Source: Octopus bimaculoides
Lineage: Eukaryota
DNA length: 64,000 nt
Direction: 5' to 3'
NCBI RefSeq assembly: GCF_001194135.2
Contig: NC_068990.1
Coordinates: 31,502,831 to 31,566,830, forward strand
Under the pieces are notes generated by a model. It made no database searches, was not told where the DNA came from, and saw only the letters and a list, made by a program, of their open reading frames with translations. Positions 53,046 through 64,000 of this stretch are shown here, piece by piece. The translations under genes and the position numbers were made by a program. Every line of letters begins with the position of its first letter. Within the stretch, counting starts at the first letter, position 1.

Positions 53046-53425
53046 TCACACACAGGCACACATGCATACAAGATACTGTCACAACTCATGGCTAAGCAGT
53101 ACTGTAATTTAACTACTAGGTCAACTCGATAATGATTTTTTAATTTAATTTGAAGCCATAAAATTGCAAGAGATGGGGACCATTGAAAAGAAACTTCTAC
53201 AGTCGTTGACAAATTCTTTTTGCAGTTTTCTTTTTCATTATTTGAGGATGCACACAGTTATTAATAAAGCTAATATGGTATACAACTTAAATTTATCTCA
53301 CACTATACAATTGTATGTATGCATGCATACATATAATTGTATACAGATATGTATACCTACTTACATACATACATACATACACATATATATATAAGTAATG
53401 AGCTATATATATATATGTGTGTGTG

Positions 53426-53460
<35 letters not shown>

Positions 53461-53937
53461 TCAGACACAGAGCTTATTATTTATATGTATATAAGTAATG
53501 GGCTAAACAAATGCTGTGCTGGCAAGAACTTTTTGCTCAAATTCACCGTATTACTGAAGATAACAACTTGGGAATGTATGCCAAATCTTCAGTATCATGA
53601 TGAAGTATAGCAATAATTTTTTTACTATTGTTTGTTTAACTCATTACCTATCATACTAACAATAAACATTAATAGCCATATAGAAAATGTATCTTAATTT
53701 GTGCATGGTAAGCTAATTTGCATATTAGAGTTAATTATTCAATTTACTAACTCATCGATGCAATGTGAACATTAAAAAAAATACACAGAGATATGCAGGC
53801 ACATACTGACACATGCAGCCCATATTCCCCACCACACATATGAACATGAGCACTTATGTTAAGTTTTGGCACATAGTTTTGTGAAGGTTATATTGGCAGA
53901 TAAATTTATTGAATTCAAACTAACAAATCTTTTTATA

Positions 53938-55214
53938 CAGGGTGGGGCATAAATACTGTTACAAAATAAAACACAGATTTATCCCGACAAAAATTTATTT
54001 AACAACTCACTATTACAAAATATGCTTTGCAAATGCCCAAGGAACAATATGGTGTAACTTTTATTCAAAATGTTTACCTCGTGCCTTCACAACACTACGA
54101 AGTCTTTTTGGGAAGTCATCTATAGCAGCACGCACAACATCTAAGGGTATTTTATCCCAGCACTTGGTCAATTCTTTCTTTAGAGCTTCAATATTTTAGC
54201 AAGGAGTAGAGCAGGCTTCATTCTCCAGAATTGACCACAAAGAATAATCAAGAGCGTTAAGATCAGGTGATGAGGGAGGCTGATCCAGGACGGACAGTTG
54301 TCTCTACACCACTTTCATGTTAACCAAGACGTGTGGCTCGTCGCCCCATCTTGTTGGAAAGTCCAAACTTCATCACCGTACACCAAATTGCACCTTGGTA
54401 TCAACGTGCCTACCAGAATGTCCTCGATGTATCGTTCTTTGTTTATCTTGATTCCTTGAGGGACAAAAACAAGTGGAGTTTTCCCTCTTTCAGAAATGGC
54501 TGCCCAGACCATCACTGATGCTGGTTTTTGGGTTCTGAAAACCTTTCCTGCATTACCAGGTATTGCCTCAATACTTTTAGCAAGGATTCGGTCATTTTGA
54601 TGATTGTGAGACTGTTGAACTGAGAATAACTTTTCCTCACTAAAGATGATGTTACGGAGCATGCCATCTTTAATACGGTTCAACAAGAGTCTGCTTCTGC
54701 TGAGTCTCTTTTCAATTGTGGGCGTGGAGAGAAGCTGTCTCTTTTGGAGTTTATAGGGTGACAACTTTAGGTCACTTTTGCATATCCTCCACATAATCCT
54801 TGGCGATGTTTGTGCTTCTTTTGCCATTTTCCTCATGGATCTTCTTGGATTTCGTCTGATTTTTTCCCTAACATTTTTGATGAGTTTAGGTGTTCTGGAG
54901 GTGCGGAGACGGCGTGATCTTTGTCTAACTTTGATCGAAGAAGTTTCTTGGTAACAATCAATCGTCTTTTTTATCAACATTCTGTTAATTTTGAGGTTTT
55001 TCCCTAACTTGAATATTTCAGGTGGACGCATGCCCTTCTCATGTTGCTTTATGATGAATTTTCTCTTCCATTCAACAGACATTGCAACAAAATCTTAATA
55101 TTTAGTTTCTGAAATACAAGAAAACATATAATAAACTATCATTTAACTCAAATAAATCATTAGAATTCTTTGAATATTTTTGAACTTTTGTAACAGTATT
55201 TATGCCCCACCCTG
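53938..55214 (-). mobile_element. Full-length (1277 bp) DD37D/maT-type transposon with inactivated transposase (54061-55082)
   Basis: Perfect 29-bp TIR CAGGGTGGGGCATAAATACTGTTACAAAA and TA on both flanks. 255-aa ORF to FQQDGATSH, then TGA, a frameshift before PPSSPDLNALDYSLW, a second stop, and end at KARGKHFE*. First catalytic D reads E (FSEEK). Confidence 0.95.
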
Positions 55215-56410
55215 TATATATGTAGTGTATCTGTGTTCTCTTAATCTCATGGTGAGCCATAAGATTTTCGATAAATTGAGTCTGATGACCCAGTTCTGAT
55301 GTTCTGAGGAAATAATTTTGCATTTCCTCCTTCTTGCAATTTTATGGTTTCATACTTAATTAAAAAATTATTATTAAGTTGACCTAGTAGTTAAGTTACA
55401 GGACTACTTGGCCATGAGCTGTGACAGTGTCTTGTAGATAGAATATTATATCTGTAAAAGGTTTCACGGAGCTTGTAATTTTAGGTTTGTATAGGTTTTC
55501 CTTTCTAGATTTGTTACATATTTTTGCAAGCTGTTTGTTACATATTTTTGCATACCATTAACTAAAAGCATCATTAATAATTTGTAATTGTGGTGCAGTT
55601 ATTATAATTTTTGTACCATTTCCTTCATTACATCTATAATAGAAAATTTTCATCACTACTAAACTTTTATAAACATATACATAGTATCTATGTGTATTTA
55701 GTCTCTTCATGAACTTAGAACCACAAGTGCTCAGAACATATTACTCAAGAATAAATAAATGGAGGATAGATTTTAACCCAGAAGTATTTATCTTGTGTCA
55801 GACTGAGATTATTCTTTATTTATATGCTGACCATAACTACAGATGAGAGCTGCTTCCATTTGTTTTCTCATAACTTTCTGAAAAATGTATATTTTTTAAT
55901 TTAACATTGCAGAAATACATTTTCAAGGGTTTAGATTACAATTGAGGCATTTAGTAACAGAGTGTTGTAAGTGCCAACCTGGCCATTTTCAAGGATAGTA
56001 TATCATTTTCTTTGTCTCAAAGTCTAGAATCCTAAAAAGTTGGGAGGAAGAACAAGTGAGGCTTGCAATAAGGTCAAAAATTTGGCTGAAAAAAAACCCA
56101 AACTCAGACCAGAGAGTTTAGTAACACACCATCGTAAGCACACAGACTCAGTCAATAACTTTAGCATGATCCCTGGATCATTTTACGAGTCGTTATGGCT
56201 CATTTTCTAATATTCCTCGTTACTGTCATAATGATAATAGGTTATTATCTAACAATCTTGTCTTACTTACCTCTTAAAGTTACTTACCTTGGTATATTAA
56301 AACACAAACAATACCTTTGGGTGAGTGGGGGGTCTCTGTATGTTTTTTCTAGGTATTATAGCTAAAATATGCAATGTGATATACCGCTTCATGGTACCGG
56401 CATATTCTAC

Positions 56411-56601
56411 AAAATGAGAAAGACGCAGTCATTGTTTCATCTTTCAGATGAATACATAAATAAATAATTTTATATAGGTGGAATGATTAGAGAAGGTATT
56501 CGCAGTCATTTTAAGACCAAAACCAGCTTCCTAACTTCATTCCTTGCTGAGATATCGCATTCTGAATGTCACAAGACATTGACTGCGTTTTTCTCAGTTT
56601 T
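56411..56601. repeat. Imperfect inverted repeat, probably part of a non-autonomous element
   Basis: TGAGAAAGACGCAGTCATTGT versus ACATTGACTGCGTTTTTCTCA; arms about 40 nt. Confidence 0.7.
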
Positions 56602-58052
56602 TAAGTTGTGGCACTTATGATGGTCTACTACTAAACGCCTCAATTATTTTGATATAATTGAAACAAAAAATTCTTTGAGGAGTTTCAAATCATTCTTTTC
56701 TTCCTGCCCTGATTTTGTTACCACCAAATGTTGCAACTTTAGCATTCTTAATTTTTTTTCTCTTTTTTCTTCTCAGAGTTATTTGTTTGAAACATCAACA
56801 TTATACAATCTACAGTCTTGGAAATATATTTCTGCAAAATGTCACTTAAAATTTGCATTATAAAGAGCATCATGAAGAAACAAAGTCAGGATGGGGAAAT
56901 GAAAATGGTCCCAAATTTCTTCATAATTTTGTTTGTTATGTTTATGAATTTGTGTTAAGATTCCTGATGTGAAACCATCTGTTGAAACAGATATTGTTAT
57001 ATTTCAGGATGGTCATTTATTTTCCTTTTTCTTTCTTTTTTTTTTCTTTGCCAAATAAGCACATGCACTATATATCTTTTGTCCGTTGCCCATAAATCTT
57101 TTGTTACACACCTGTGACCGCCTCAGTGACCCTTTCCATCTATGTGTGTCCTCCTGCTCTGCTTAATCCATTCTAAAAGAATGGATTTCCAGACAATGGA
57201 CATAAGGTAAAATAAGAACAGTAATGAGTTAAAAACGAATATATATTGCATGTGTTTATTTGGCAAAAAAAAAAAAAAATTACCATCCCAAACTATAACA
57301 TCTATTTTTTATATTATCAGCATAATCAAAATCTACACCCTTGAAAACATATATTTGCAAAATTTCATTAAAAAATATGCCTTTTTCAGAAAGTTATGAG
57401 CTAGGGGTAAGGCACTAGTCTGTAGATATTGCCAATATGCTGTTATTTACAAGTTTCATATGTATACATGTATGCCTTGTGATTGGTGTATTGTCATTTC
57501 ACAGTTATGTTTTAGTGCTTTGTTATTTCATCTAGAGTGTGGTGTGGTGATAAATTCTCAGCTTGTGACCTTTATATTCGCTGTTGGATACATTTATCCT
57601 GTCACATACTTTTATTTCTCTTGTTTTGTTAAGAAAAACCGGAATAATATATTTTCTAATTATTTCTCTAAAATCTTCTCCTCCTTCCCTTCCTCATTCC
57701 ACTGCTGCTGCCATTGTTGTCATCATTGTTGCCACTACGTCATCGTCATCGTTGCCGTTACTGCCATCACTGCCACTACAACCATCAAAAACATCAATTT
57801 TATCACCATCCTCCCACTCCTTAACACCATCAGTTCACAGTGTGTATATGTGTGTGGGGGAGGGTTCTATGCTAGTATGGGTTGAAAATGTCTGAAACTC
57901 AGTTTCGTTCTTCCCATTTCAATCATAGACACTGCATTTTAGAAAGATGTAGCTTAGGTTTTACAGCTGAAAGTTTTTCCTATGACTGAAGAAAATCAAG
58001 CATGGTTTTTGAGTATTACAGTATAAAAGAAGTTACCTTCTTAAACATGGAA

Positions 58053-58107
58053 CCTTCATTACCACATACCTTCACTACCACATACCTTCCCTACCACATA
58101 CCTTCAC
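58053..58107. repeat. 16-bp tandem repeat, 3.4 copies (CCTTCA/CT/CTACCACATA)
   Basis: Units start at 58053, 58069, 58085 and 58101. Confidence 0.9.
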
Positions 58108-58316
58108 AATTAAAATTCTGTCTGATGCCTATATGGAATAAAATCATGTTCAAGTCAAAGTAACTCTAAGTTGCTATAGTCACCTGAGTCTGTATGAGCC
58201 ACAGTATTTTTCACTTGAGAAGGAAGACCTGTGTTTTCAGAAAATCCTGAGATGATGAAAAAGGATTTTCACAAGGATGTGTGATTACTCTTTTTGATTT
58301 TGGGATGTGTAACTAC

Positions 58317-58370
58317 CAGCATCTTTTCTTTTGGTGTAGTAAAACAGGACTTCATTTGTGGTCATATTAC
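58317..58370 (-). CDS. Candidate 54-nt exon (G)NMTTNEVLFYYTKRKDA
   Basis: Branch-point-like TACTAAT followed by ATTTTTTCCCTCAG acceptor; only one frame open; donor CTG|GTAGTT is moderate. Confidence 0.3.
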
Positions 58371-59486
58371 CTGAGGGAAAAAATATTAGTAAAAATGTAT
58401 GGCATTACATTTGTAGCATGAGTAATATGACTTTATCTGTCAGCGATGGCAGAGAAGCCAGTAGAAATATCAGCTGTAATATCTGCAAGATGTTAATGAA
58501 GGGTGGATTTCAATAATAATGTCATCTGAACTGTACACTTATGTGAAAAATAAGTTGAAGGGTGAAAGGATATTAAACTGAAGAGTGTTTAAGTTGATAA
58601 TGGAAAGTAGTTGTAAAACATGACCTGAGAAGAAATGATTGTGAAATTTGAGAATCTGAGTTTTACAGATATGATGGTATGAAATAAAGACAAACCAGGG
58701 CATACTATTATATAAACTCACTCAACTAATAATAGCATGGAAAAAAAAATGAAAATTGTGATTATAAAGAGTGAGTTGGGATTTTTATGAAACAAATTTT
58801 TTAAGGTTGACAAAGAAAAACAAAAATGTGTAAAATGGGTGTCTAACGTAGTGGTAAAAAGATTTCAATCTTTGCACCACTGCTTGAATATGGGTAGATA
58901 TTATTAGGGTGAATACCCAAAATTTCTTGTTTGTAAAACTATATTGAAGCAAACATGAAAACAACATATCAACAAAATAAACATGGGAATGATAGATAAC
59001 AGATAAAAGAACTCAAAAGAAATTATTGTGATGTTACACTTTATCAAACTGTTCTCAGCAAATTTTAAAAATTCTAAATGACCAAAAATAATGTCAACTA
59101 GAAAGAACAATTATAAATATAGTAACTTACATAAAGTACTTTTCTTTTTTAACATTTGTGTTATACTAATTTATGGTTTTATGTTTATGGGAAAGACACA
59201 ACATGGATGAAGAGTAAGGAGAGGAAACAAAAATATCTTTATAAACTTTAAAGTGGCCATATGAAACCATTTCATCAAATTACCAGAAACCACAGAAATA
59301 AAACAAACACAAAATGCAAGGTAAGTACCTTCCAAGACCTTTATGCATTTCTTTCATCATGATCAAAACAAATCGATAGAAAAAATCCCAAACCTTAAAA
59401 TCTTCAAAACCTAATACTATGAGAAAACCTCAAATGTAGACCTGAAGAAATAATTGCATGTGGCCTGAAGAAATAATTGCACTCAC

Positions 59487-59538
59487 CTATATATTCAACT
59501 TCTCATACCAACACATCCAACTCCTCAGAATTTGAAAA
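59487..59538 (-). other. Candidate 52-nt non-coding exon
   Basis: Acceptor TCTCTTAATTTTGTCCAG and donor TAG|GTGAGT; all frames contain a stop. Confidence 0.3.
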
Positions 59539-59589
59539 CTGGACAAAATTAAGAGACTTTTAAAATGATATGAAATCCCAACCAAAGAG

Positions 59590-59790
59590 GCATTATGCTA
59601 CTCTAGAAAATTATAGAAACATGATAGAGGGGCTCCACACAGTTTCCCTCTACTGTATTCACTCACAAGGCTTTGATAAGCCCAGGGCTAGAATAGAAGA
59701 CACTTATCCAAGATGCTGCACAGTTGGAGTGAACCCAAAACCATATGGCTACAAAGTGAATGTCTTAACCACACAGCCATGTCTATGCTT
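59590..59790 (-). mobile_element. SINE family A, 5' half, decayed
   Basis: CACTCACAAGGCTTTG...CCACACAGCCATG. Confidence 0.7.
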
Positions 59791-59859
59791 ACATATATAT
59801 ATTGTAAAGGTACATGATTTTATAAATTCATACTTTTCACAAAGACAATACTAACATGA

Positions 59860-60076
59860 CTGGCAGGCAGTGAGCTGGAAGAAACGTGAGCTTGCCAGGT
59901 GAAATGCTTAGCAGCGTTTCGTTTGTCTTTACGTTCTGAGTTCAAATTTCACCGAGGTCGACTTTGTCTTTCATCCTTTCGGGGTCAATAAATAAAGTAC
60001 CAGTTGCATACTGTGGTCGATCTAATTGACTGGCACCACCCCCAAAATTTCAGGCCTTGCACCTAGAGTAGAAAAG
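59860..60076 (+). mobile_element. SINE E with a 13-bp TSD
   Basis: AATACTAACATGA at 59847-59859 and 60077-60089. Confidence 0.9.
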
Positions 60077-60286
60077 AATACTAACATGAATAAAGTGGCA
60101 TGACTTGCTGAGAACTTATTGCTGCAGGTATTTACAATATTTAAAACATATTGTTGAAAATATGATGAAAATACCTCTAACAATCAAGTTATTATTTTTT
60201 TTTTTTAATATTTTATTAGCCCACATCATTATGTTTACGATTGTACATCCCTTAAATTAATGGAACAGCATTAGGAATCTTCTGTG

Positions 60287-60447
60287 CAGAGGCAGACCCA
60301 AGGGGGGGGGGGCTGAGGAGTACATCCCCCCCCCTTGAGAAATGAAGTGCATCCTTCTAAATAATGTTATTATGCTCTTTTCTCCTGGAATTATACTCCC
60401 TTCTGACCTTGTGTCCTCCCTTCGAAAAATTCCTGGGACCACACCTG
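60287..60447. mobile_element. Small MITE-like element
   Basis: CAGAGGCAGACCCAAG ... CCTGGGACCACACCTG imperfect termini; CTGTG on both flanks. Confidence 0.5.
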
Positions 60448-61879
60448 CTGTGTATATAGAAATTGTGCTGGATGATATTATGAAAATCATGCAAAGAATT
60501 TAAATCACTGCAGATAATTAATATGTATTAACTTCATGCTACAGCTTAAGGTTGGTGCATTTTGTTGACCATGATATAAGAAGTTATATTATAAGAAAAG
60601 GGCAAGATCAACTTGTTGCAACAAGTGATATAAATTCCTCTGGATGGTTTAGCAGCTCTCTGACCTGAGGTTCAATTTACCTGCTTTTATAGCTGTAAGG
60701 CAGCTTTTGGAATCTTCAGCCAAACTGTTTGGTGGGAAAACTCACTGCATTGCTTTGAAGTTTTGCCACACCAACCATAATATGTCAGCAAAGAAGTTGA
60801 TTGCACCATATTCTTATAAGCATTGATACCTTTATGATGACACTCTTCCTTTTATGGAAATGTATTAATTCAAGGTTCTAGACTGGGAAAATCTGAGAGC
60901 TATGGTTCAAATCTCAGCCAAGGTTTCAGTAGACATAGTTATGAAAGGATCAAAATAGAAGTACTTATCTATCCATTACTCTCAGTCTAAATGCCTTTAA
61001 TTTATTGGCTGCAATATAAATAAATTTAATAACAATAATATTTCTAAAAATCCACCTTAAAACTACCAGTTGCTTGTAATATCCAAAATGGCTGATGTCT
61101 ATCTTTACAATGGAAGATCCAGTTGTGAAACTGCAAAACAACTGGAAAATTTATTCAATGATATTTTCCCAACCAAATTTGGACAATATAAGGCATGGCT
61201 TTTTTTCTTTTTTCACTAGATTACATTCACTAGACTACAATCCATGTTAACATGGAAGGATTTTTTTTTACATATAAGAATATTGTTGGCGTAATTCTTC
61301 TACATCAGGTTGTTTTGCTGCAGATAACTATTATAGATATAATACTAACAAATATATTACTGATATCAGTGCACTTTGATTCGATCTTGTTCCAAGATTA
61401 AATCAAACTGTGATAATATCAATATGTATTATCCAATTATAACAGTGTACTAGTACATAGAATACTAGAGTACTAGTATAAGATCAAAGAAAAGGAAATT
61501 GCAGAAAGTAATCTTTTTAACAACAATAAAGAAAAACTAGACACACATGTCAATCTGAACTAAAAAAGAAATTTGTCCATGAGAACTATTGAAAACAACT
61601 GAGCATTGGAAAAAGAAAATTCTATTAATATTCAATCTAACTCTAAAGCTTTCTGCTAATACCTTACAAAAAAGATTAGATCCTATATTTATCAGTGTGA
61701 ACCACCATGAGTCATTTTCCAGATTATTGCTGAAACCCTAAAAATGCAATCCATGCTACTTTTTCAATCAAAAGGAAACATTATTGAAAGATACATGCTT
61801 GTAACATTGGAAAAATTGAATCATCCATATTATTCCTCCAAATGATTTAGAATAATGCAGATGTACACACGATGTGTGT

Positions 61880-62090
61880 GTGTGTTTGTGAAGAAATCAA
61901 GCAATTTAAATGAGAGGATCTACAGTAGATGAATGTCAAAGAAGACATGGGAAGCAGTACTAAAATCTGATCTCAACAGTCTGATGATGAAAAAAAGGAT
62001 AAAGAACTGCAACTAATGACAAGATGCTGTATTGAAGAATACCTGTCCAAGTCATGCAAGTATGAAAAAATGTATACAGAAAGATGGTTT
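61880..62090 (+). mobile_element. Decayed RTE C-terminus
   Basis: CVFVKKSS...KTWEAVLKSDLN. Confidence 0.55.
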
Positions 62091-62329
62091 TATGTAAAAA
62101 TGTAATAGTAATAAACAAACTTTAGGTTTGTTCAAACATGTTTGTGATATATTTTAACTCCAAAAGGCAAAATCACTACATTTTACTGAGGAGAAAAAAA
62201 TTTCTTCGCTTATGATAAAAGGTGTGAAAGCACCTTATCTGCTCAAGAATCCTAAACACATTTCTGGTTCTTTAGCCTTCCTCAGTAGGAGCTTTATCTA
62301 CTAAGGTACTGTAAATTCGGATAGCTGAT

Positions 62330-63252
62330 CCCTCTGTTGGGTCGACTTTTGGCAGACTCTCTTTCTCCCATTCATTCTCTTTATTGAGCTACCTTTCATA
62401 GTGGCATCTCCAAACCGCTCTCTTTACAGCCTCATTTAGTGCAAGTGAACCATCATCCATGCGAACACATTTCTCTCCGGCGACATCACGATTCTCTCTC
62501 ACACACTGTCTTGCAACATGAAATACCTCAAGTCTTTGGTCCTCACGGCACAGAACATTGGCAAATTTTTACTTATCTACTTTCCCTTTGGCTAAATAAA
62601 CCTGCCTCTTAGCTTCCCTTCTGGCAGTCTGATACAATTCCTTGTCACCACCGTTCTTCCAAGCCTGTTTCTTTTCTCTAATAGCCCTGTCAACAGCATT
62701 GTTCCACTACCACGTTATTTTGGATCGAGTGGGCAACTTTGCACCATCCACAGATCTGGTCAGTGGCCCTCAGCAGGTTGTCCCATAGAAACCTCTAGTT
62801 GTCTTCCGAAAAGCGGCGAAACATTAGCATGCCAGGCGAAATGCTTAGCGGTATTTCGTCTGCCTTTACGTTCTTAGTTCAAATTCCGCTGAGGTCGACT
62901 TTGCCTTTCATCCTTTTGGAGTCGATAAATTAAGTACCAGTTACGCACTGGGGTCGATGTAGTCGACTTAATCCCTTTGTCTGTCCTTGTTTGTCCCCTC
63001 TATGTTTAGCCCCTTGTGGGCAATAAAGAAATAAGAAACCTCTAGTTGTCTTCCACATCGTGTGAAGTTATATCCTCTTCTATTTCGTCAAAGGCCTTGA
63101 GTAATACATCTCTAAATCTCTGTCCATTCGCAGGATCTTTAAGCTTCCAGACCCTGTTCCTCTATGCTGGTCGTCTTCTGGGCATCCATTTAGTCCTGAT
63201 CCTGAAGCCGCTAACTACCAGTCTATGTTGTGGGGTACATTCTTTGCCTGAG

Positions 63253-63258
<6 letters not shown>
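62330..63258 (-). mobile_element. RTE LINE, endonuclease-RT linker region, interrupted by a SINE
   Basis: ECTPQHRLVVS.FRIRTKW; VWKLKDPANGQRFRD; ATDQICGWCK; ARQCVRENRDVAGEKCVRMDDG; ends about where the 1-317 fragment begins. Confidence 0.88.
62808..63033 (+). mobile_element. Young SINE E with a perfect 21-bp TSD, inserted in the RTE LINE
   Basis: AGAAACCTCTAGTTGTCTTCC at 62787-62807 and 63034-63054. Confidence 0.95.
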
Positions 63259-63301
<43 letters not shown>

Positions 63302-63619
63302 CCAAACTAATGGGGGCAACTACTCTGAAACTGGTCTGTGGATGCCAAGCCACCAAAGGGAAGTTGATGATCTCCCTTGTTTGAAGGTTTATGGATGCAA
63401 GTTCATGTGTTATATAGCTAGCTAGAGGCAATCGCCTCTCGGAGTTAATCAACAGCAGTATTTGTCCTATTTCTCTGGACCGACATGTTAGTTTCGTGAT
63501 AAATATTAATACCCAGTACTACTGTTGTATCTCTCCTTTAGAGAGATTTAGTAATTATAACATTTATATATATTACATACTTATACTTTTAAGAAAAGAT
63601 CGCATGTATATGTATATAT

Positions 63620-64000
63620 TCTTTCATTTGTTTCAGTCATTTGACCGCGACCATACTGGAGCACCACCTTTAGTCGAACAATTCACCCCCAGGACTTATT
63701 TTTTGTAAGCCTAGTACTTATTCTATTGGTTTCTTTTGCCAAACCGCTAAGTTGTGGGGACATAAACACACCAGCATCGGTTGTCAAGCAATGGTAGGGG
63801 CAACAGATGCAGATGCACACACAAACATACACACACACACACGCACGCATACACACACACACATACATATATATGCATGTGTGTATGTGTGTGTGTGTGT
63901 GTGTGAGTGTGTGTGTGTGTGTACATGTATAAATACGACAGGCTTCCTTCACTTTCTGTCTACCAAATCCACTCACAAGGCTTTGATTGGCCTGAGGCTA
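63620..64000 (-). mobile_element. SINE family A, running off the window edge
   Basis: TTGTTTCAGTCATTTGACCGCG tail, internal (CA)n/(TG)n, CCAAATCCACTCACAAGGCTTTG. Confidence 0.9.

Noticed and set aside
58053-58107. CRISPR-like array
   Set aside because: No spacers, unit only 16 bp, eukaryotic context and no cas genes

Overview
AT-rich, microsatellite-dense animal genomic DNA with five N-gaps. The SINE and LINE repertoire looks like that of Octopus or another coleoid cephalopod; this is my inference and needs a BLAST to confirm. The window is mostly decayed transposons: tRNA-derived SINEs (three carry 13-21 bp target-site duplications and a fourth a probable one), LINE fragments (RTE, CR1-like, R4/Dong-like), a Penelope-like fragment, several Tc1/mariner-superfamily lineages (one full-length DD37D/maT-type element with perfect TIRs), a protease-integrase LTR fragment, a 165-bp putative solo LTR, and fold-back/MITE-like elements. 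I recognise no intact host protein-coding gene, rRNA, tRNA gene or CRISPR array, and most ORFs in the supplied track are microsatellite or transposon artefacts. The main non-TE signal, missed by the ORF track, is a frameshifted LicD/fukutin-related nucleotidyltransferase pseudogene at about 29.85-30.62 kb whose 3' flank is duplicated 6 kb upstream. Several splice-site-bounded candidate exons are reported at low confidence. All translations and alignments were done by eye, and the boundaries of decayed elements are approximate.
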